A DNA stretch of 64,000 bases from Octopus bimaculoides (lineage: Eukaryota), in assembly GCF_001194135.2 (NCBI RefSeq), contig NC_068995.1:32765630-32829629 (forward strand), read 5' to 3'. The notes beneath the pieces are model-generated. The model ran no database searches and had not been told where the DNA came from. It was given only the letters and a program-made list of their open reading frames with translations. Every line of letters begins with the position of its first letter. Positions within the stretch are counted from its first letter, which is position 1. Shown here piece after piece: positions 63,640 through 64,000 of the stretch. The position numbers were made by a program, and so were the translations under genes.

Positions 63640-63900
63640 AAGTGTAGTAACGCCGTGCGCATGCGTAGTCTCACGCATGCGTAGAATTAAACAACCAAGC
63701 GTTCCCGCTCAATTCATTCTCTTTCTTGCTGGCCAGCATAGAGCAATGGACGTGTCTCTAACATTCGTACTCTGGAGACAGCCTCTTTACGTGTTAAGCT
63801 GTCTCTCTACATCTTTCGGACTTACGCTCGACAGCTCGCTCACACCTACATAACAACGTCCCAACAACAGAAGCTGTAACAACAAGAATTAAAGATGTAT
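63640..63900. promoter_or_regulatory. CpG-rich promoter-like zone with two NRF1-type motifs
   Basis: TGCGCATGCG at 63656-63665 and CGCATGCG at 63674-63681; minus-strand donor AGC|gtaagt at 63826. Confidence 0.6.
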
Positions 63901-64000
63901 ATATTTACCACCTAAATAAAGTGTTGTATAAGTTGATAGTCTGGAGTTCAGTGTTCCGTTATATTCTTTAATTTTATATAGGAAAGTCAGGTATACATCT

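Overview
AT-rich, repeat-saturated eukaryotic DNA from a draft assembly with eight N gaps (about 23.4, 40.2, 43.6-44.2, 44.9-45.1, 46.0, 49.3-49.8, 56.7-57.3 and 62.7 kb). The repeat landscape (tRNA-derived SINEs with Nin/Deu-like and Meta-like cores, many RTE LINE 3' ends with (GAT)n tails, Penelope-like relics, dense microsatellites) points to a coleoid cephalopod, most likely Octopus (inference). Most supportable features are transposon relics: RTE and CR1/L2-type LINE fragments, about 20 SINEs, Tc1, mariner and hAT transposase pseudogenes, TTAA-flanked piggyBac-type MITEs, two putative solo LTRs, and a young MITE with perfect 40-bp TIRs and a 6-bp TSD. No host gene could be named. Three CpG-enriched promoter-like zones (about 29, 45 and 63.7 kb) each lie next to a minus-strand first-exon-like segment, suggesting up to three tandem minus-strand host genes whose other exons are largely unresolved. 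The most notable observations are a hammerhead-like core in a Penelope-like terminal repeat, several long fold-back palindromes, the 6-bp-TSD MITE carrying TTAGGG repeats, modular tail-swapping among SINEs, and datable nested insertions. I found no clear evidence of a complete novel multi-gene system.
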